DNA of 64,000 bases from Bacteriovoracaceae bacterium. GTDB lineage: Bacteria; Bdellovibrionota; Bacteriovoracia; Bacteriovoracales; Bacteriovoracaceae. The stretch lies in the NCBI GenBank assembly GCA_048270185.1, contig JBLWTJ010000001.1, positions 192,001-256,000 of the forward strand, in the 5' to 3' direction. Under the pieces are notes generated by a model. That model did no database searches. It was not told the DNA's origin and was given only the letters and a program-made list of their open reading frames with translations. Each line of letters begins with the position of its first letter. The first letter of the stretch is position 1. Both the position numbers and the translations under genes were made by a program. Shown here piece after piece: positions 58,701 to 64,000 of this stretch.

Positions 58701-58753
58701 TCAAAACCAAGAGTAGAAATTGTTTTTTCAGAAATCTCTTGTGAGTGTGACAT
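55718..58753 (-). CDS. gcvP: Glycine dehydrogenase (P protein), single chain resembling a GcvPA+GcvPB fusion
   Basis: TAYTPYQPERSQG, TREQHIRREKATSNIC, YPLGSCTMKYNP, SAHGTNPA, NLHKTW.IPHGGGGPG. Confidence 0.95.
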   Translation of the reverse strand: MSHSQEISEKTISTLGFDPRSLKGEINRELAKNYISASDEDIKEMLATLGLSNTKELFNHIKDDVKFSEKIPLAAGLSYDQLVERLDELAKKNNIPTNFLGDGLPQFKIHDIVPYVCNIRGLTTAYTPYQPERSQGTLNTLWIYSSALTALTGFEAINSSLYERSTCLYEALKTGLRLAKKKNKVLVSEAIYPQDRSVLETNAAHTGLEIIYAPINKESGLIDIDKAREIITSTNDIACFAFGQVNSLGLLEDVDALTDLCTEHDVYSIAIIDPMLLAKGGLKKPSVYGTNKQGTTMIVGEGQHLCLDANYGGPGLGIFGIRFNEKNKNEIRQTAGRYVGNAVDMNNNECLAMVLSTREQHIRREKATSNICSNQSFVATIAGASLLALGDEGLAAKLETSRQNAINFTSQVLGLNGVELAFAAPFYNEVVLKIEGDLDSLINKSSEIVIGKNISGRHGLAGNLLKVSFGDIQSQEELTALIEVFNKNFSENEEAEIFLPEIPVNNLRLEAPGIAQFPLEEVKAFYDKCGSLNVSPDDAIYPLGSCTMKYNPYVNDWAAGLSGFTMAHPDLDDKFTQGTLELLHEIQEDFKAITGLPGVVTQAVAGAQGELVGIKMFQAYHADKGNGEVKNTILIPRSAHGTNPATAAVAGFVPGRVDGKQVGIITLDADERGQIDLEQLKEIIKTDGERIAGIMVTNPNTAGVFEENFKEVADLIHSVDGLVYMDGANMNAIAGIVSLEKLGVDACHNNLHKTWTIPHGGGGPGDAIVAVSNKLIDYIPGTQIEKLADGSFKKVRASKCIGDFHRHDGNVAHKVRAYTYLKALGQDGVVTMSEIAVLSARYLFNKLKDVYPMLPHGADKTPRMHEFIITLSDDMFSHIEKSGTLKNQIIAKVGKLFLDFGLHAPTVAFPEVFGLMIEPTESFTKKELDDFAEVLVAIKNVLSDSPEVLQTAPHFTAVGKVDEVWANKNLKFYTELNKLWELPTDEISPKKLRHTNVHDVIAMIREKHQAK

Positions 58754-58839
58754 CTATTCTCCGTGTGTGTTATAAAGTAAGTGTCGTTTTAAGAGAAAGT
58801 TATAGCACGATTGGTACACTCCATCTATTTGATTTTTAT

Positions 58840-59667
58840 ATGAATACTGCATCAAAAGAAAATATTATTTTAGAGCTTATCCTGGCTCCTGGACATATTG
58901 ATTCAATAGAATCTCAGAACGATGCGTTGCATGGTTATTTGCTTCATTTAAAATCTCATAATATTGAGTTCAAAATAGTCAAAGAAGCGACAAACTCTCT
59001 TTACTTTAATTATGATGGTGAATTATCTCTTGTCGATCAAGATAAGGCCCACGTACTAAAACTTGATTGGGCCCGTGATCTCAAAACACACTTATCACGT
59101 AAGTATGCTCTAACAAAGGAGCCACTTTTTAAGGCCTTGAAGTTAAAAGGTGATGGTTTTGCTAGTAATTTTCTCGTTGACGCAAGTCTTGGCACAGGAA
59201 AGGATGCTTGCTTACTTTTAAGTTTCGGTTGTCACTTAATGTGTTTTGAGAGAAATCCACATGTCTTTGCCTTGGCCTTATGGGCCTATCAAAAGGCGGT
59301 TAATTATAAAGATTCGGCCATAGGTGATATTTTTAAGAATCATTTTTCATTACACTTTGGACAGGCCATTGATGCCGATGTAATTGATAATAGATTTAAT
59401 AAATGCTTCTTTGATCCAATGTATGAAATGCCTAGTAATAAGAAAGCAAAATCGGCCTTAAGCCGCAAAGAAATGGAAGTTTTTAAAAATCTCGTTGGTA
59501 AAGACGAGGATCAGGATCAATATCTTGCTTCTTTGTTGGAGCAATTTTCTCTTGTCTGCCTTAAGCGTCCAATTAAAGCTCGCACAATAGAGCTGACTCA
59601 GTCTAAATATCAGATGGTTAGTTTTAGTGGGAAATCAACGCGCTATGATCGTTATTTTCTGCCTTAA
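58840..59667 (+). CDS. RsmJ-like SAM-dependent methyltransferase
   Basis: VDASLGTGKDA, FERNP, FDPMY, LKRP, RYDRY. Start moved to ATG 58840 to avoid overlap with gcvP. Confidence 0.8.
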   Translation: MNTASKENIILELILAPGHIDSIESQNDALHGYLLHLKSHNIEFKIVKEATNSLYFNYDGELSLVDQDKAHVLKLDWARDLKTHLSRKYALTKEPLFKALKLKGDGFASNFLVDASLGTGKDACLLLSFGCHLMCFERNPHVFALALWAYQKAVNYKDSAIGDIFKNHFSLHFGQAIDADVIDNRFNKCFFDPMYEMPSNKKAKSALSRKEMEVFKNLVGKDEDQDQYLASLLEQFSLVCLKRPIKARTIELTQSKYQMVSFSGKSTRYDRYFLP

Positions 59668-59755
59668 ATCACTCGCAAATTGATAATTAACTTGTTAATA
59701 TTTCAGGCGTTTAATACTAATTATTACTTGTAATATACAAAGAAGAAGGACATTC

Positions 59756-60526
59756 ATGGATATTGTCATCTCTCCTGCCAAAAAGCTTAATTTTGAACAT
59801 AATGAAATTGAAGCCAGCTTCGATCTAGAAACTCCAACCTTCATGGATGAGGCCCGCGAACTTGCAACAAAAATGGCCCGTTTAGAAAGCTCAGATCTAG
59901 AGAAAATGATGAAGCTCTCTAAAGCTCTTGCTGATCTTAATATCAATCGTTTCAAGAATTTTAAAAAGACTAATGATCTTGGTGCTGCAATCTTTAGTTT
60001 TGCTGGTGATACCTACCAAGGTTTAAATGCTAGTGAATTAACAAAGAGTGAATTAAAATATGCCAATAAGCATTTAAGAATTCTTTCCGGCCTCTATGGA
60101 GTACTCGCTCCATTTGATGAACTTCGTGCTTATCGCCTAGAGATGGGTACTCGTATTAATAGCGAGGGTCTCACTAATCTTTATAAATTTTGGGGTGATA
60201 AGATCGTCACAAAATTAAATGCCGATGCAAAGAAGAACAAATCAAAGTATCTTGTTAATCTTGCAAGTGAAGAATATTTTAAAAGTGTAAAAACACAATT
60301 ACTTGAGAGTGAGTTAGTAAATGTACGCTTTCTTGATTATAAGAATGGCCAATATAAGGTGATCTCTTTTAATGCAAAAAGAGCACGTGGAATGATGGCG
60401 CGCTTTATTATCAAGAATAAAGTAAAAGATATCGAAGGTCTTAAGGCCTTTGACTATGCCGGATACAAGTATACAGAATTTGATAAATCAAAGAATGAAT
60501 TGATATTTAAAAGAAAGGAAGAGTAA
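59756..60526 (+). CDS. yaaA: Peroxide stress protein YaaA (UPF0246)
   Basis: ISPAKKL, ILSGLYGVL, YRLEMG, NLASEEY, AKRARG motifs. Confidence 0.95.
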   Translation: MDIVISPAKKLNFEHNEIEASFDLETPTFMDEARELATKMARLESSDLEKMMKLSKALADLNINRFKNFKKTNDLGAAIFSFAGDTYQGLNASELTKSELKYANKHLRILSGLYGVLAPFDELRAYRLEMGTRINSEGLTNLYKFWGDKIVTKLNADAKKNKSKYLVNLASEEYFKSVKTQLLESELVNVRFLDYKNGQYKVISFNAKRARGMMARFIIKNKVKDIEGLKAFDYAGYKYTEFDKSKNELIFKRKEE

Positions 60527-61525
60527 ATGAAGAAGTATGATGTTTACGGAATGGGAAATGCCCTAGTTGATATGGAGTTTAAAGTTAGTGATGAATTCCT
60601 AGCTGATCACGCAATTGAAAAGGGTTTGATGACACTTGTTGAAAGTGAGCGTCAAGAGCACCTACTTAAGGCCTTAAGCGGTAATAATGTAGGTCATTCA
60701 AGAGCTTGTGGAGGTTCAGCTGCTAATACAATTATTGGAGCTACACAACTTGGTGCAAAGACATTTTACTCTTGTAAAGTAGCTGATGATGAAACTGGTG
60801 ATTTCTACCGTAAAGATTTAGTTGCAAACGGTGTAAGTTCTAATATCGAAAATGGCCTATATGATGGTGATACTGGAAAGTGCCTTGTTATGATTTCTGA
60901 AGATGCTGAAAGAACTATGAATACATATCTTGGAACAACGGCAACTTATTCTGACCAACAACTTGATCTCGCTTCTTTAAGTGAGAGTAAGTGGCTTTAT
61001 ATCGAAGGCTATCTTGTTACTGGAGAAGCAGGAATTGCTGCTTGTCAAAAGGCACGTGATTTTGCTCGTAAGAACGATGTTAAAGTTGCGCTAACTTTTT
61101 CTGACCCTGGAATTGTCGGATTCTTTAAAGATGGTTTCAAACAAATGATTGGTGATCAAAAAATCGATCTACTGTTTTGTAATGATGCGGAGGCCATGTC
61201 ATTTACTGACACATCTTCTGTTGATGAAGCTTTTGAAGCGCTAAAAACTATTGCAAATACATTTGCTATTACTGTTGGTGCAAAAGGTGCGCTTATCTTT
61301 GATGGTCAAGAGCGTTTAGAAGTATCTGGAACGAAAGTTGAAGCAATTGATACAAATGGTGCAGGTGATTTATTTGCAGGTGCTTTCCTATATGGAATCA
61401 CTAATGGTTTAGGTTATAAGCAATCAGGTGAACTTGCTTGTGCATGTTCAGCTAAATTAGTTACTCAGTTTGGGCCACGTCTTGAAAAAGCTCAAGCTCA
61501 AGAGATTTTAAAATCTGTATTATAG
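60527..61525 (+). CDS. PfkB family kinase (adenosine kinase-like)
   Basis: GNALVD, GGSAANT, ERTMNTYLG, DTNGAGDLFAGAFL. Confidence 0.9.
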   Translation: MKKYDVYGMGNALVDMEFKVSDEFLADHAIEKGLMTLVESERQEHLLKALSGNNVGHSRACGGSAANTIIGATQLGAKTFYSCKVADDETGDFYRKDLVANGVSSNIENGLYDGDTGKCLVMISEDAERTMNTYLGTTATYSDQQLDLASLSESKWLYIEGYLVTGEAGIAACQKARDFARKNDVKVALTFSDPGIVGFFKDGFKQMIGDQKIDLLFCNDAEAMSFTDTSSVDEAFEALKTIANTFAITVGAKGALIFDGQERLEVSGTKVEAIDTNGAGDLFAGAFLYGITNGLGYKQSGELACACSAKLVTQFGPRLEKAQAQEILKSVL

Positions 61526-61534
61526 GAATAATTA

Positions 61535-62938
61535 ATGAAAAGAATTGAATTAAAAACGCTATTTACACAGGCCCAAACATATATTGGTCAGGAAGTAATT
61601 GTTAAGGGTTGGGTTCGCTCTGTTCGTAAGTCTAAGAAGTTTTCTTTCATCGTTTTAAATGATGGATCATCTCAGGACTTATTGCAAATTGTTGCGGATG
61701 CAGAGATCGAAAATTATGAGGCACTGTCTTCAATGCTTACAGGTACTTGTGTTTCAATAACTGGAAAAGTTGTTGAATCTCAAGGTAAGAATCAAACGAT
61801 TGAGATGCAAGCGACAACGGGTGAAATTATTGGTGCTGTTGATGAGAGTTATCCTCTTCAGAAAAAGGGTACTTCACTCGAACACTTAAGAGATATTGCT
61901 CACCTAAGAGTAAGAACAAATCTTTTTGGGGCCGTTTTCCGTGTTCGTCATGCACTTGCAATGGCCACACATAATTTCTTTAATGAAAAAGGTTTCTTCT
62001 ATCTTAATTCGCCAATCATAACAGCTGTCGATGGTGAAGGTGCGGGTGAGATGTTTAACGTTTCAACGCTAGATAAGAATAACCCACCTAAGACAGATAA
62101 GGGTGAAGTCGATTTTTCACGTGATTACTTTGGTAAAGATGTATCATTATGTGTAACAGGTCAACTAGAAGGAGAGTGCCATGCTCTTGGTCTTGGAAAG
62201 GTTTATACTTTCGGGCCAACATTTAGATCTGAAAATTCGAATACAAAGCGTCACTTAGCTGAATTCTGGATGATTGAGCCAGAAGTAGCATTTGCTGACC
62301 TTGAAGATGTTGCAGAGCTTGCTGCTGATTACATCAAATATATGATTGATTATGCTTTCACTCATTGTAAGAAGGAACTTGATTTCCTTTACTCAATGCC
62401 ATTTACTGATGTTGATAAGACACACTTTGATACATTAACTTCGGTTCGTGATAGCGAGTTCAAAAAAATTACTTATACAGAAGCTATCGATATTCTTTCT
62501 TCTTCAGGGGCCAAGTTCGAATTTCCAACTAACTGGGGTGAAGAGCTTCAGACTGAACATGAAAAATATCTAACAGATGTACATTTTAAATCCCCTGTAA
62601 TCGTTACTGATTATCCAAAGAATTGTAAGGCCTTCTATATGAAGCAAAACGAAGATGGGAAAACAGTACGTGCTATGGATGTTCTTGTTCCAGGTATTGG
62701 TGAACTTATTGGTGGCTCCCAACGTGAGGAAGATCTTGATAAGTTAATTAAGAGAATGGATGAGATGGGTATGGAGAAGGAAGGATACTGGTGGTATCTC
62801 GAACTTCGTAAGTTCGGATCAGCTCCACACTCTGGTTTTGGCCTTGGATTTGAGCGTGCGATTATGTATATCACTGGTATGAGCAATATCCGTGATGTTA
62901 TCGCTTTTCCAAGAACACCTGGAAATTGTGACTTCTAA
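61535..62938 (+). CDS. asnS: Asparagine--tRNA ligase
   Basis: YPLQKK, EGAGEMF, FGPTFRSENSNT.RHLAEFWMIEPE, GELIGGSQREE, GFGLGFER. Confidence 0.97.
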   Translation: MKRIELKTLFTQAQTYIGQEVIVKGWVRSVRKSKKFSFIVLNDGSSQDLLQIVADAEIENYEALSSMLTGTCVSITGKVVESQGKNQTIEMQATTGEIIGAVDESYPLQKKGTSLEHLRDIAHLRVRTNLFGAVFRVRHALAMATHNFFNEKGFFYLNSPIITAVDGEGAGEMFNVSTLDKNNPPKTDKGEVDFSRDYFGKDVSLCVTGQLEGECHALGLGKVYTFGPTFRSENSNTKRHLAEFWMIEPEVAFADLEDVAELAADYIKYMIDYAFTHCKKELDFLYSMPFTDVDKTHFDTLTSVRDSEFKKITYTEAIDILSSSGAKFEFPTNWGEELQTEHEKYLTDVHFKSPVIVTDYPKNCKAFYMKQNEDGKTVRAMDVLVPGIGELIGGSQREEDLDKLIKRMDEMGMEKEGYWWYLELRKFGSAPHSGFGLGFERAIMYITGMSNIRDVIAFPRTPGNCDF

Positions 62939-63515
62939 GAAACGAAAAATACTTTTTATGCCGGGGCTTAATCAGGCCCCGGATTCTTTTCAATTTAATA
63001 ATCCAAATATTACAAAATCGACACTATCATTTAATCGCTTAGGCCCCATCTCTTTAAAAGAAGATTTAAAAACAATTAAGAATTTAATTAGTGTTAATAA
63101 TAATGGCCTTATTGTTGCGCACTCCCTTAGTGCACTCTTGATTGAATGGCTGCGACAAAATGAATTAATTGATTTTAAAGCACATGAGCTTATCTATGTT
63201 GCTCCTGCTTTCTATCCTTCACGCTACCATTCTAAAATGATCCGATATTTAACATCTAAGCTTCATATCCCATCTCTTGCTCGCGCTGATACGAGAGTGT
63301 CCGCTAGTGTTCAGGCCAGTGTCTACTTCGAGATACTTGATTTCAATAAGGCCATTGAGCTGGATAAGTGTTTCATTAAGACTTATGTAGATGAAGAGGA
63401 TGAGATGCTAAATTTGAATTACTTGAAGCAATTGAGTAGTTTAGAGATAGTGAGAGAAAATAAATTCCCTCACCATCGTTGTTTTGAAACTATAAAGAAA
63501 ATAATTGATAATTAA
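62928..63515 (+). CDS. Alpha/beta hydrolase-like hypothetical protein
   Basis: FMPGLN oxyanion-like segment, VAHSLS nucleophile elbow, D.ED and PHH near the C-terminus. Start uncertain (GTG 62928). Confidence 0.55.
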   Translation: MTSKKRKILFMPGLNQAPDSFQFNNPNITKSTLSFNRLGPISLKEDLKTIKNLISVNNNGLIVAHSLSALLIEWLRQNELIDFKAHELIYVAPAFYPSRYHSKMIRYLTSKLHIPSLARADTRVSASVQASVYFEILDFNKAIELDKCFIKTYVDEEDEMLNLNYLKQLSSLEIVRENKFPHHRCFETIKKIIDN

Positions 63516-64000
63516 GATTCAGATTTTTTGTTTTGATCACCTTGGGATTCGCCAGAAGGTTTTCTGAAATTGCGATTCTTGTTGCGATTTCTGTTTCTGT
63601 TACGGTTCTGACGAGGCTTCGCTTCACCGTCTTTTGCTTGAATATCACCTTGTGCATTGTCTCTATTTTTTGGACGATTACGGTTGAAATTCTTCTTATC
63701 ACCTTTATTTTGATCATTCTTATCTTGGCGATTTCTGTTGTTATTGCGTGGACGAGATTGTCTCTTCCCGTTTGAGCGATTTGATGACGAGTTGTCGTCA
63801 TCTTCTGTCGCATCAAGTGGAAGCTTTTCAATCTCTTCGTCAATATTATTTGATGAAGTAGTTTCCTCATCATCAGTTAACTCATGGCCTTCTTCTTCGA
63901 TATCATCGTTTGTATCGATGAGTGAGTTCTGTTGTTTTCTTAGCCTTAATTCTTCTTCGAGTTCTTCGATCCCGATAATTACAGAGTTTTCTTTAGTAAT
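63512..64000 (-). CDS. 3' end of a gene that starts beyond the window; acidic then Arg/Asn-rich disordered tail
   Basis: Frame open from 64000 (ITKENSVIIGIEELEEEL...RNRNRNRNKNRNFRK...KKSES*). Not in the supplied ORF track. Confidence 0.8.
   Translation of the reverse strand: MTKENSVIIGIEELEEELRLRKQQNSLIDTNDDIEEEGHELTDDEETTSSNNIDEEIEKLPLDATEDDDNSSSNRSNGKRQSRPRNNNRNRQDKNDQNKGDKKNFNRNRPKNRDNAQGDIQAKDGEAKPRQNRNRNRNRNKNRNFRKPSGESQGDQNKKSES

Noticed and set aside
58720..58839. N-terminal extension of the RsmJ-like ORF
   Set aside because: It overlaps the divergent gcvP start and its promoter region.
63490..63873. ORFs 63490..63873 (-) and 63533..63775 (+)
   Set aside because: Shadow frames of the low-complexity minus-strand gene that ends at 63512.
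1..64000. CRISPR array, tRNA/rRNA, prophage, retron or classical defence island
   Set aside because: I saw no regularly spaced repeats, cloverleaf or rRNA signatures, phage genes, reverse transcriptase or integrase. Manual reading could miss a short RNA.

Overview
AT-rich (roughly mid-30s % GC by eye), densely coding bacterial chromosome segment. Gene content points to a predatory Bdellovibrionota of the Bacteriovorax/Halobacteriovorax type (inference from a TIGR02147-type regulator, an orphan Tad ATPase, PilZ and cNMP proteins, many exported hypotheticals and sigma28-like promoters). Most genes are housekeeping: gsk, pyrB-carAB-pyrF, lplA, panD, serB, pgsA, glpX, yggS, murI, eno, lexA, menE/H, an amidase, prfC, gcvP, yaaA and asnS. 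These are interleaved with exported proteases and unknown proteins. I saw no rRNA, tRNA, CRISPR array, prophage or intact transposase. The best candidates for new biology are: (1) a methylase-less HaeIII-like nuclease in a sequence where the HaeIII site GGCC is about 5-fold over-represented; (2) an unannotated ~180-nt transcription unit next to gcvP, with a 5'-3' closing stem, G/U-rich repeats, a hidden 41-codon hydrophobic ORF and a complementary stretch in a distant 3' UTR; (3) a membrane-anchored tandem double amidoligase; (4) a sigma54 operon encoding a permuted NlpC/P60 enzyme; (5) a direct-repeat candidate LexA operator on a leaderless lexA-menEH unit. Also present are three gene fusions and a multiheme cytochrome gene cut by an IS3-like end. 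All family calls come from motif recognition; no searches were run.
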